64,000 nucleotides of DNA from the human T2T-CHM13v2.0 reference genome, Homo sapiens. The notes below the pieces were generated by a model. That model saw only the letters and a list, made by a program, of their open reading frames with translations, was not told where the DNA came from and did no database searches. The translations under genes and the position numbers were made by a program. The stretch lies in the NCBI RefSeq assembly GCF_009914755.1, contig NC_060929.1; one strand, written 5' to 3'. Below are positions 31,190 to 44,080 of this stretch, piece after piece (the stretch's first letter is position 1; every line of letters begins with the position of its first letter).

Positions 31190-31425
31190 ATCTGAGACTT
31201 CATCTGCCGAACCAGCTCTTATTTACCAGTAGTCTACCTTCAGACTCAAACTGCAACTCTTCTGAATCTCCAACCTGCCAGCCTCCCCCATCAGATTTTG
31301 GACTCACCAGGCCTCCATAATTGTATAAGCCAATTCCTTAAACTAAATTTTTACACACACACACACGCACACACACACACACACCCTCTTGGCTAGAGGG
31401 TGTTTCTCTAGAGAATGCTAATACA
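31190..31425 (+). mobile_element. MLT2 (ERVL) LTR 3' fragment with (CA)n
   Basis: cagattttggactcaccagg, agccaattccttaaa, tttctctagagaatgctaataca. Confidence 0.8.
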
Positions 31426-33264
31426 ATATGCAATTATTAAATAAGATAATATGTGCATTGAGGAAATTTACATGAATGTAGTTTACCTCAAGTAATGTTT
31501 AAATTACAATTATTAAACTGAAGAACATTGAACTATGCTTGCTTAAATGAAAGGTAGAGTAAAAAGCTGCAATATATTGTTAATTTTGCCATTGAATTTT
31601 TAAAATAATTTCATATGTGAAGTGTAATTCAGAAAAGTAACATATATGAGTTAAATAATAAATTTCATACTTAACAAAATTACACATTAATTAATTTTCT
31701 TAGCTTCCTAGGTACTTAAGTATTTATACTCTGTATTTTCTTTTACCTGGCATCATAATTACATAAATGAAAAGTAGATATTTGTTAGAATTTTTTCTAA
31801 TATCTTAACAGAGATATGTTGAAACTGTGAATGGGTGAGATTTTATATGAGAATGAAATTTTATTTGATATTTTAACATATTGGCTTAGAATATCTATCG
31901 CTTTGACAGAAAAAAAAACTTCTACATACTCGGGTAAGTATCACTTCAGTACTTTTACAAAGATCATTCATCCCAGTGTATATTAGAATTATTCTTTCAT
32001 AGAAACTGAAATGAATAACCATCAATTTATTTGTCTATTTTTTTGAGAAATATGGCTTCAAATCATATTCTCATGAATGTATTTATTCATGGAATATTAA
32101 TAACTGGTACTGTAGAACTTCGATTTCTATGAATACATTTGTTCAGATGGTCTGCTTTTATATATAGCAAAAATAATTATTTCCTAATGATTACAGCCTG
32201 TGTGAGTGATATAAAAATATAAGAAAACATGTGTGGTTTAGAAATTTACTTTAGATATTAGAGTGGATTGCTAAAATATGAAAAGAAATTAAAATTATTC
32301 AGTTAAATTCAATGGCAATGTGTCCTTCAAATAGCATAAAAACTTAAAGAATATCTCAAAACAGTAACACATTTTCCTACTCAAAGCAAAGAGAAGACTA
32401 GGATCAGGTTTAAGTAAATTTAAAATACAAACTATATCTGATGAAATGGCTTGTGTACATTAGAGAAATTGGAGATTTCTCAAGGACACAAGGGATTATT
32501 CTGGACAGACTTATTTTGTTTGTTGTTTGGAATGTTTGGAATTCTTTTAGCAGTGTGGCAGGCATTTTAGTGCTCCAAGAACTTTGTTGTATTTTTTGAT
32601 AGGTACCCAGTTTTTGGAGGAGGAAGTGGGGATGACTTACGTGCCTCCTGTGGTTTGTTAGCCTGAGGCCCCATGATGCCTTTGAGGGTCTGGGAAGCAT
32701 GAAGCTTGCTGGCAATAGTGGCAGTATTTGCCCCAGTAAAGAGGACAGGCAGGCCACTTCCCTCACCTGAACAACACAAACATGGAGATCAGGGTGCCAT
32801 TTCTTCACCATTGGGCAGCCCAGCCAACACTTTCCTCCATAGAGGTCACTGAAAAGACATAGACAAACCGGGGTTCTGCCCTCAATAATAAAGAAACACC
32901 AACACTCAAGAAGTGACAGAGCCCTGGGATAGGTCTCTGCCAAACACAGGTTGTGATGTGAAACATACTTGAAAGTCAGATCTGAGAAAGTGCCGCTTAT
33001 GTGGCTTATTGTTCCTACTGACCAAAGGTGAGCCTCACTTGGACTAGTATCTAGCCCATGGAGTTTAGCCAAGTAATGCTATTTTTGTTGAATATTCCCA
33101 TTTGGATAAGGAGAAAAATGACAACAAAGCCCACAGGAGTTCTACCCCACAATGCTTTCGTGATGGTTTGGAATCAGTTAGTAAGGCAAAAAAGCGCAGT
33201 TCTCCCATGAAGCTATCCGGGAGTCAGTGGTCATGGCCATGCCATCCTGGTCACAGCTGTGGGT

Positions 33265-33732
33265 ATTTTATAAGATTTAAAGATCATCTTATGGGAGAAC
33301 ACAACACAATGAATGACACTCATAAAAGAAAAGCAAGACTCTGTTATTTACAGTTCTAAATGAAAGAAGATTGGCAGACAAGGCCACAAAGGGGGTTGTA
33401 CCCAGGGAGAGGGTAACAGCAAGCTGGAGCTATAAGGAGTAGCTCACGTATGCCAAGGGGTGTAGGGTGAGCTTCTTTTCTTGGAATCTGATGGATGGGC
33501 TAATTTGAACAATTTCTCTTGGTTTCAGGGGCATAGGAGCTGACCCTTGTTGTCTGGTACTTGACACCAGGGTGTTTAGAAATGATGCATGGTGGCCCAG
33601 GAATGTGAGAACCAGATATAAGGTTAAGTGTGGACTTGATCAACTATTCAAAAAGCGGAACTGACCAGCCTCTCTCTAGCAGGGCCTCAACACTAGGTCA
33701 AGATGGCATTAAAACAAATTATGTTATAACAT
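33265..33732 (-). mobile_element. ERVL-type solo LTR (MER54/MER74-like)
   Basis: ggctaatttgaacaatttc...gggcataggagctgacccttgttgtctggtacttg motif. Confidence 0.55.
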
Positions 33733-34502
33733 ATGACATTATTTGGTAATTTTTCAAAAGCAATTTTGTATTAGGAGAGGTTGCCTGATGAAGCATGCCT
33801 CAATGTAAATGTAATAATTAGTAAAGTACATGATTTGCTGAAAGATACATAGAAGTGCTTGATTCTTTGGTTTGTTGACTGTGAATATTCAACATTGAAT
33901 TTGTTTAGATGGTTATCCACTCTGTTAAAAAAAATTAATTGCCACTTGATTTTTTTCAGTGTAGACTTAAGGTACGTGAAACTGAGATTATAGATGTTAG
34001 CAAGTAGATATAAGACAGAACATTTTACAGCAAGATGTGACTTCAAGATCACTTTGCTAGATATCCTTATTTTAAAAACAGAAGAATGTATGGCATGTGA
34101 AGTTGTTTGGGGACTTAGCCAAAGTCACAGATTTATAAATGTCATCATCAGAATTTGAAACTAGGTCTCTTGACCTCCAGACTTGTTTTCGTTTATACTC
34201 TATTTTAAATTATTCTCTAAGCTTTATGAATCAAGTTTATTTAATCAAAACTGGTTAATTTTAAGCAAATCCTTAATCTCTGGGAATTGGATATTGTTCA
34301 TAAATTGCAATTGCCTGACTTTGTTTCTCATGTTTACATTAAAGGCATTAAAAGCCTTAAGAAATGTCAAATAATAAAATCAAATTATCAAACTACTGTC
34401 TGTGACAAAGTATAAAATAATCCTAACCATGTGGAATACATGTAATATTATTGGGGAAACTTATAAGAAAACAGTATAAACATCTTTGGGTTTGTATAAC
34501 TT

Positions 34503-34784
34503 AGCTTTACAGAGTCAGTTGATTAGTGTTAAACAATTTTAATCAAATTATAGTTATATATACTTATACACATTATGTTTTCTGCTATACTTTACCTATA
34601 TCCAAATATATATGTTACCTTCAAGTAACATATTATTAAATTTTAAATTAGATTAAATTTACTTTCAATTAAGATATATATTTGGATATAGGTAAAGTAT
34701 AGCAAAAAACATGATGTGCATAAGTATAGCTAACTGTAATCTGATTTAAATTGGTTAACACTAATCAACTGACTCCATAAAGCT
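34503..34784. repeat. Long inverted repeat, 111-bp arms, 60-bp spacer
   Basis: 34503-34613 is the reverse complement of 34674-34784 with 11 mismatches and no gaps by manual alignment. Confidence 0.95.
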
Positions 34785-35688
34785 CTGATTATTAGGCCAT
34801 GAGTATGTGTGTAGAAAATATTTCATAAAAGATAATATAATGCCATTCTCAATGTCCCCCTTCTTAATATTCTTATTATCAGAAATAATAGCATTTCAGC
34901 TACCTCTTTTTTTTCTTCTCCTGTCCAATTGAAATGTGTGTTACTGATTGTTTTGCAGTATGACAGCGTGAGTTACTACTCCTAAACAATATGATTCCAC
35001 TCAAAATGATGGCTTTGGGCTATCAATCATAGGCAAAGCACAGCATGAGAGTAGTAATGGAAGATATGAACTCTACCTATGATCCACAAAGACATGCTTT
35101 TTCTATGTATCTTAGTAATTTCCCATAAAAATTGGCTTCAAAATATAGCTCATATTTTAAAACTCAAAAAATGTTAAAAGAAAACTTCTACAATTCTTAA
35201 AGTCTCTTTTGAACTGCCTAATAGCTGCCATTGACTAATTAACAAAACAAAGATGGATTTTCATAGGTTTTCTTTGTGTATATATTTTAGCACAATAACA
35301 TATCTTTTAATATAAGGAGTGGAACAAGATGGTTATGTTGCTAGCTGTGCGCTTGTTTTCAGATTTTTGTTTGTTTGCTTGTTCGATTTTTACCTGGAGT
35401 GAAGCTTTGTGAGTAAACTAATCTTTAATAAACACTTTAATTTAAGGAACTTTTGAACTTACTTCCAATTCATTGGTGTCATCTAAAATGACTCTCATTA
35501 TAACAAAATATTGAAACAGTACAGCAATAAAAGTAGACTGAAGAGTCAGAGTATAAGGCCAAAGAAATGTTCATCCCCTTAACAGTATTTAGTATTATTT
35601 TTAAGAACAAAATAAATTGTCATATTTTATGTTTTCTGTTTGGCAAAAGGCAGTCTATGGTTAACTGTTTTAAAATATTGCTTACCCA

Positions 35689-35923
35689 GGCCAGGTGCAG
35701 TGCCTCACACTTGTAATCCCAGCATTTTGGGAGGCCAAGCGAGGAGGATGGCTTGAACTCAGGAGCTCAAGACCAGCCTGAGCAGTACAGTGAGACTCCA
35801 TCTCTACAAAAATTCAAAATATTAGACAGGCACAGTGGTGCTAGCCTGCAGTCCGAGCTACTCAGGAGGCTGAGGTGGGTAGATGTCCTGAGCCTAGGAG
35901 GATGAGGCTGCAGTATGACCGAG
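35689..35923 (+). mobile_element. AluJ, 3'-truncated
   Basis: gaggatggcttgaactcaggag, gtgagactccatctctacaaaa, gaggctgcagt; no poly(A) tail. Confidence 0.85.
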
Positions 35924-38379
35924 CATGAGAGAATGGGGGGGCTAATGAAAAAGGAATAAATATATGAACTTTTAAGTTTTGAAGAAATAAGTATAACTAA
36001 TCCAACAAGTATGTATTGAACTCATACATCGTGACTATACAGAGATAGAGCCAGATGTTATGACATATATGGTGAAAAAATGTAGACCCAGCCATCATGG
36101 AGCTTAAGTCTCATGGGAGAGAAAATCATTAATCAAATGGAGTAGAAATTCAGAATCAACCTCCGCTTAACTAAAGAGTGTGCCTTGGCTATCACGTGAA
36201 AAAAAATCAAAATATTTTTCTTTTGGCATGTTTTAAAGTAAAACAAAAATAATCTGTTTTTTAATTGAAAACACAGGACTGGAATGCAACTTATTATGAT
36301 CAAACAAGCATGCTGTTAAAGGGTGTAAAAACATGTATTTACAGGTATTAGGGAGTACTAAAGAGTGACTCAATCCAATCTGGGTAATAAGAAAAATTTC
36401 ATCTGAAGAAGTAATGTAGGATATAGTATCAAAAGAATAAGAAATCAATTATGCAAAGGGCTTAAAAATTATAAAATATATTGCAAAATTGCAATAGTTT
36501 AATAATTTTATTTGCTTTTATTTATTTAACACAACTTACTCTAGTTCTACCACATTCAAATACCTTGGTAGGCCCTGAAATTATAAAAATTAATTAGACA
36601 CAATCTCTATCGGGGAAACCAACCTCTCATGAGCCATTTGCCACAGAAGAGCAGCAATCAAATTTGTGTCTCTCACCCTCACAATTCTACTTTTCATTTC
36701 CTGTTCCTTCTCTTGCAAGGCGAATAAAAGCAAATGCTTGTTTCAGTATCAAATGATAAAATAATACACTGAATATTTTATTATTTCCAGTTTTTTCGTC
36801 TTCCCTGGTGTTCAGAGGGCATTGAACATTTTTGGCAAGTTTTTAGCACTATTTTAGCCAGGTCACTCATCACTGGTACTGTAATAGCTGAATAGAAGTA
36901 GAGCATGCTCTTTGCAGCTGATTTTTTTCAGGTGTTCTCTTTATAGCATCCCTAATGGGCAGACAGTTCACTGCATCTCTAGCTGTTGGCATATGGCATC
37001 CAGGAGGACAAGAGAGCCCAGACAGCCCATCAGATTAACCACGTAATAGACCCAGAAGCAGCTTTAAAGCCATAAAACAAAATTGCTTATGGAGTCTGCC
37101 AGCACGCCAGATGCTGCTATTGGAAGAAATATCTTCCAGTGCTTAGCATCTGGGTTTCACGGTTGCCAGAAAAAAAAAAAGAGAAAAAGAATTGGCAACT
37201 TACTACCAATGAGATTGCTTTTGCAATATAAGACATTTTAATATTTTTTAAATGTCAAAGGCAGTAGGTTACAGCAAAGTTTAAAATTAGGTATCTCCCT
37301 GTACTTGTAGATATGTCACTATTAACCGACATCCTCCATACAATCCCTAGGCAGCTGGTTGGTTATTATCTAAATGAATCAGAACACTGAGAATCTTGAA
37401 TTCGAATGTGAATTTTCAGTCTGTTTTCAATATGCTTATTTTATTGATATTTTGCATGATAACATCCTTGCCAACTGAATATAAATTCTACATTTAAACA
37501 AGGTAAGAAATAATGTTTTTGTATTAGCAATCGCTGGTTTTTCTGACTGCCAGTTATATAATTGAGTATTATAACTAAAGATATAACTCCCAAATATCCA
37601 TCAGCTGTTTTTCAGTGGAATTGTTTTTTCCTAAGCCAAATAAACAATGGATTTGACTAATATAATTTAAAGCCAATTAGATTTATGATTTATGCCTGCA
37701 CAAGGTGAGTAATTTCTTTTCGGTTATATAATTTATCAATATTGCCTAAAATGTGAAGAATAACTCCTAGCCTATTATAGCTCTTAAAATTGATATAGTA
37801 TGCACCAAAATCGACTCTCTTCTCTGATCATAAAACAGCACATTTTACTTGACTCAAGTGATTCTTTCCATACTGCTCAAACCAAATTTGTTGAAATAGT
37901 GAATATGAAAGATCTCCCAAATTTAAAATTTTCTGTGGTTGAATATTTAGCACCTTAATATTAAGGCAAATCCAAAAACCTATTAATTCTCCAATTTGAC
38001 CAAAATGGTTAATTATGCACCCTAAATCTGTTATAAAGCTACTAGTTTAAAATACTTTTAAATCCAAACACCTGATTTTATACTATCAATACAGTCAATA
38101 GCCAATTTCATTAAATATGAATATAGTGTAATTTTAGTTGTTAGTATACTATGAGTCAGTAATAATGAAACTATGCTTATTTGAATATTACATTATGTAG
38201 ACTTAGATTATTTGGGAGATGGAAAATGCTACTCACCTCTTGAAATGTAATTATAATAATCTTTTGCCAGTTTTCTTGGGGCAGTGAATAACTAAGAAGA
38301 ATTTTACTGAATCTGAGTCTTTTCCATTAATTTATTTCTTAAATTCTTTGGTTGTAATGAACAGATATTTATTTATTGA

Positions 38380-38800
38380 TTAAAATTTGAAGAATTATAT
38401 AGCATTATGTATCCAAATTGTAAATGCATGCTCTTAGGTGTAATAATTTCACTTCAAGAGATCTAAATTTTGTGTTCACAATGTTGCAATTATACATGTG
38501 TGTGCATGTATATATATAAAGATATTCACAGTAACATTATTGTAGTAAAAACAATAGAAATGATTTAAATGCTCATTAACGGAGGATAGGTTTAATAAAT
38601 TAAGCTAATTACATAGTATTGGTTATGTTTCTGGTTAAAAAGAATGAGGTAGATTTATTTATAATCTTATAAGAAGAGCATTAATATACAGTTTTGAACA
38701 AATAAGAGCAAGATACATTTTCTAGAATATGTTATTTGTATAACGATTTAAATGAAAATCTAAATCTGTGGGTTTATATAATTATTTATGTATAGCAGTG
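38380..38800 (+). mobile_element. Old L1ME 3' fragment
   Basis: gatattcacagtaacatta, aataaattaagct, ttaaaaagaatgaggtagattta. Confidence 0.55.
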
Positions 38801-38831
38801 TCTCTAGGGATAGAAATAGGGTGGGAATATT

Positions 38832-39143
38832 ATTATTATTATTATTTTTTTTTTTTTTTTGAGACAGAGTTCCACTTTGTCGCCCAGGCTGGAGCGCAGT
38901 GACGCAATCTCGGCTCACTGCAACCTCTGTTTCCCAGGTTAAAGCGATTCTCCTGCCTCAGCCTCCCGAGCAGCTGGGACTACAGGTGTGCACTAGCACA
39001 CCCAGCTAATTTTTGTGGTTTTTTTAGTAGAGATGGAGTTTCACCATATTGGCCAGGGTGGTATCAAACTCCTGACCTCGTGATCCACCCACTTCAGCCT
39101 CCCAAAGTGCTGGGATTACAGGTGTGAGTCACCGCGCCTGGCC
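38832..39143 (-). mobile_element. AluS (Sg/Sc-like), full length
   Basis: (ATT)n+T tail; ctgacctcgtgatcc; TSD GGAATATT at 38824 and 39144. Confidence 0.92.
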
Positions 39144-40019
39144 GGAATATTCTTTTCTTACCTAGAATAAGCATACATTTTATACTATTAGTTTTTTTTA
39201 ATTGAATTTTAAAGTATAAACCCACTTAACCAATTTCATTCATTTGCTCATTTACACATTGACGAAAACATAACCTCTATAGTTGCCATGTCAGGAGCAC
39301 TGTGCTAGAAGTGAATACATATGGCCTGCAGCATCATAAAGTCTGGGTAAGGTGAAAAAAATCATGCACATTAAGGAAAAATAGTAATAAAATGCTACAG
39401 TTGATGAAGGTATTAAAAACCTACTGACATAAAGGGAGAATAATTAATGCTGCTTAGTCAAATTAAGGAAAACTTTCCAGAAGAACAGAATAGTGAGATT
39501 AGTCTTGATGGATGCACAGAAATTATTTTAGGCAGTTCAAGAAGATAGTAAAGATAGAGGGACAATTAAATAAAAGAGAAAAACAGCTGAATGGCTTTTA
39601 GGGAAAAACACCAAGTATGATTTGGCTTTGAGTGATGAGATTAGTGATGAGTCCCAGGGATTAAGTTTGAGAAGTCAGGAGAGCCAGATTATAAAGATGT
39701 TTGTAGGCCATGCCACAAAATTATCGCATCTTGTTATCTCATGAAACTTTCTCTAAGTTCCATTAGAAATTTTTAAAAATTAGGTTTTAACCTAAGCGTA
39801 AGAATCAAATATACATTATTAGAAACATTACTATCTTGACAGTTTGAAAAATAAAGTTGATTAGAATACATATGAATACATAAGAAGGCTGATAACAAGG
39901 AATATATATAGGAGGATATTTCAACAGTCATTATGTAAATAATTTGGGTCAGTCCTTTTGTCAGCTACTATTTGTAGTAGTAATAGTGTTGTTATTTAAC
40001 AATTTTTAAAGCATCAATA

Positions 40020-40345
40020 AAATGTCTACCTTCCTATGTTTTTACAAATATGTATGCTTTTACATACTGTGCATATTTCTATATGTGTGTATATGTATGC
40101 ATGTGATAGGTTTATGTATTAACTTCATAAATGTAAATATATATGTTTTGTGCTTTATGTATATATATTCAACTTCATGTGTTAACTTTGTATGTATGCT
40201 TTTTGTTTTAACATTATATATGTAAATACTTTATCTGTTAGCTTTATATATGCAACATACATGTATGCACATAGACATACACATATATAATAGCTGTGTA
40301 CATTTGCTTACATGTGTATTTGTATATAGTTTAATATATATAAAA
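40020..40345. repeat. Low-complexity (TA/TG)-rich tract
   Basis: Degenerate tatatgtgtgtatatgtatgc array. Confidence 0.7.
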
Positions 40346-40859
40346 TAAAATGGGCATGAAGTTGTAAATGTTAGAATTAAAACTGAAATGACCTAATGGT
40401 GTTTTTTTTGCTTTATTGTTACAATGCATAACACCATAACAAAGACTGATACAAAGAAAGATCTTTAGAGTAAAAGGAAAAGAGTAAGAATGGCTCTCAC
40501 AAATGATATGAGGTCAGAAAAAATAACATGAGTTTCAAATCTAAATACTGAATGTCCTTACAATCAAAGGAAAATTAGATTGCTAAATGGCAAATAATAA
40601 AACTAAAAAACATACTGAGACCATTTAAAAATTGAACCCAAGGTCTCTGTATAGACAAAACTGTATATTACATAGAAATGTGCCTAATACTTAGTATCTA
40701 ATTGCTCAGATAATATTATTTCCTAGCTTAATATTTAATAATATATCTGTCTCTATCTCTTTATTTTCTTTGATTTTCTGTTGATTAACCAACTTAATGC
40801 TCTACAATTTGTCCTTTTCTTTCCACTGTTAAAGGTAATTGTGACCAAACCTGCTCTCA

Positions 40860-41060
40860 TTTACTTAAAATATCACTGGGTCAGACAGCCACTGTTGGGG
40901 ACTATAGAGTTAAATATTATTAATTCAATTTTATGGATGAGAGAACTAAAACTTAAAAAGCAGAAGACATGACCCAAAACTTACAGACTACCAGCTGACC
41001 AAGCCAGGATTTAAACCAACATCCATCTGATTCCAGACCAATGTTCTTTCCATTACTCAG
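40860..41060. mobile_element. MIR fragment
   Basis: attttatggatgagagaactaa...gccaggatttaaacc...catctgattccaga. Confidence 0.6.
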
Positions 41061-41543
41061 TGTTAAGTGACTTAAAAAAAATTAAAGTAAGAGTATGATC
41101 ACACATTTGCATGACAAAAGTAACTAGATCCACATAAAGTAAAAACAGTTTGGCATGTTCGTCTAGATTATTATGTTTTTGGATTGAAAGCTTTCATTCT
41201 GACACTAATTTAGACATCTAGATTCAAAATAATAGGTCAGGTATGCAGAATTAATGTGATTAATGTAATATTTCTTATCTGTAGCAAGACTTTTATATCA
41301 TACTACTTACATATTAATAAATCTGATAAAATACAACTTGAATTACCTAACTACTAGCCAAAGGCATTATTAAATACTGTCTTTTTTTAGAAATAGTATT
41401 AAAAAGTATAATTAGAAGGATGCAAAAAACAAAAAACAAAGAGACACGTGGTGTCAGAAATTATGTGAGCTGATCAGGAATCTCCAAGCACCATTTTTGA
41501 ATAATACATCAAAAATAACGAAACATAAGAACAGGTACACAAT

Positions 41544-42006
41544 TGTGAATGGTTAATACTGTGTCAACTTGATTGGATTAAAGGATGCAAAGGGTGTGTC
41601 TGTGAAGATGTTGCCAAAAGAGATTAAAATTTGAGTCAGTGGGCTGGGAAAGGCAGACCCATCCTTAATCTGGGTGGGCACCATCTAATCGGCTGCCAGT
41701 GCCCCTAGAATATAAAGTAGGCAGAAAAACTTGAAAAGACTAGGCTGGCCTAGCCTCCCAGCCTACATCTTCCTCTCATGCTGGATGCTTCCTGCTGTTG
41801 AACATCAAACTCCAAGTTCTTCAGTTTTGGGACACAGACTGGCTCTCCTTGCTCCTCAGATTGCAGACAGCCTATTATGGGACCTTGTGATCATGTTAAT
41901 ACTTAATAAACTCCTATATATATATATCTCATATATATATGATATGATATATATATATCATATATATCATATTAGTTCTGCCCTCTAGAGAACCCTGACT
42001 AATACA
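41544..42006 (+). mobile_element. MLT2A1 solo LTR (HERV-L)
   Basis: tgtgaatggttaatactg...gtcaacttgattggatt...agagaaccctgactaataca; 5-bp TSD ACAAT/TCAAT; TATAAA at 41711; AATAAA at ~41905. Confidence 0.92.
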
Positions 42007-42218
42007 TCAATCATTATATCAAATATCTAGTTATTCATTTGTATGTTAACTTGTATTACTGTTATATATACACATATTATGTGCATATATATACAAGTCT
42101 TTCAGAAGTGTATTATATTTTTGAATGGATATGTATGTGCATATATATTTGCAAATATGATAAACTGTTTCAAAACAGCACTAAAAGTTTATATTTTAAG
42201 AAGTTATAAAGTGCATGT

Positions 42219-42598
42219 TGTGGTAGACTGTACAATGGTCCCCCAAAGATGCTTATGTCTTAATTTCCAGAACCTTTGAATATGTTAACTTCATGGCAAA
42301 GGGCTTTGCAGACATGATTAAATTAAAGATATTGAGATGGTGAGATTATTCTGAATTATCTAGCTGGGTCCAATGTAATCACAAGGGTCCTTATAGGAGG
42401 AAAAGCAGAAGGATGAGTGGCACAGAGGTAGATGTGACAATAATAGCAGAGGTGAGAAAAAGGAGGAAGAAAGAGAAAGAGAGAGAGGCAGATCTGAAAG
42501 TGCTACACTGCTTGCTTTGAAAGAGGTCAGTCCAGGAGCCAATAATGCATGTATCCCCTAGAATCTCAAAAAGGCAATGAAAAGAACTTTCCCCTAGT
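42219..42598 (+). mobile_element. MLT1D-like MaLR LTR, 3' truncated
   Basis: tgtggtagactg...ccccaaagatg, ctttgcagacatgattaa, aatgtaatcacaagggtcctta. Confidence 0.8.
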
Positions 42599-42614
42599 GG
42601 GTGACAAAATCAGC

Positions 42615-42848
42615 TAGAGCTATGATGACCAATATAGTAGCCACTAGCCACATGCAGCTATTTAAATATGAATATAGATTAATTAAAATTAACTAAAATT
42701 GAAAATGTATTGTCTCATTTGCACATTTGCATTAACTACACTTTAGGTACCTGAAGGCCACGTGTGGCTAGTGGAGACCATATTGGACAGCATAGTGGGA
42801 CATGTTCATCATCACACTGTCCATTTCCATATCAGACAGCATTGGTCT
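42615..42848 (-). mobile_element. MER3 (hAT-Charlie)
   Basis: ccaatatagtagccactagccacatg...ccacgtgtggctagtgg...atattggacagc. Confidence 0.8.
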
Positions 42849-44080
42849 AAAGGTTTGATTAAGTATTAAATGCATATGAAACAAGCCATTTAAAGTCTAT
42901 TAGAAACGTAAAAACTCATTTTCAATCATAAGAAAAGTCTTATGCAGAAAGAGGACATTTTTCCTGAACAGTCAGATATTTAGGAGAATAATAATAAATT
43001 CATTTGCTTAATAAAATGGGTTTAATTACTAATTTAAAACTTCAGGATTAAAAAACTAAATGTCCCAAAAATATTATACAAAAATACTGACTTATAATAA
43101 AATGTAATTTTATGTAATAATGGTAAAAATTCAAAATTGTCTGAAGCTAGATTACATTTCTCTGAATAAAATGCATGGGATAAATTACCTCTTAAAGGCC
43201 TTCTCCTGCTTGTAAGAGAAAAATGAAGGCTCTTTTTGTTCAAAAGGTGTGTGCATGTATGTTTGTGTGTGTGTAGCTGGAGGAAAGGCAATGTGGAAAA
43301 TCACGAAGCATAACGAAAGTTCTAGAACAAAGAGAAATAGCATACATTTCTACTAACACATTAAAAAATAGACTGCTTCTTTGGAGATATATCCACTTAG
43401 GTTGGAAATGCTTTTATAGGAGAAACATAATTAAATAGTTGCCTCCTGAACTGGAGCAGAAAAGAACCTTATTTAATTACCTTTAAATGAAAACAATTTT
43501 GGTAACAATTGCATAGTGTGATTTTAGTGTCCAAAATTATTATTCTCCCCTCTTGTTGCACTCACTGCACAGGCAATTACTATAGTGAAATTGCATCAAC
43601 AGTTTCAGTGATGCATTAAACATTAGAAAATAGAAGCATTTATCCTATAGTTATAATTTCATTAGTTATATTAGTAATAGATATATTAATATATGGGTTA
43701 ATTTATACTTTAATTTAATCTTAGATGAACACTATGATATAAATGACTCACTTTATTTGTTTTCCCAAAAGATTTGAAAGTAAATGGAGAGAAAAAGTAT
43801 ACAGGAACCAAGTTCCTGAAATAATGGGATGGTTTAGGAAAAAAAAAAACACACACACACACACACAATGACAATGACAAAGTTTATAGGAAAGAACTGA
43901 CATTTGAGGATATGAAACAACAACAAAAATCACAAACCACTTTTTGTCTGAAAAGATCAAGGTCATTAAGGTAAATAATAAAAATATCTCAAGACATGAA
44001 AAGTATAGATTCTGTTATTTAATTTTGGAATTCGAAGGCACCTCTTGAAACTTGAGATTGCTTTACTTTCAAACAAAGTG

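Noticed and set aside
30520-31425. Outward-facing MLT2 ends as one composite element
   Set aside because: The two fragments look like different MLT2 subfamilies and share no TSD
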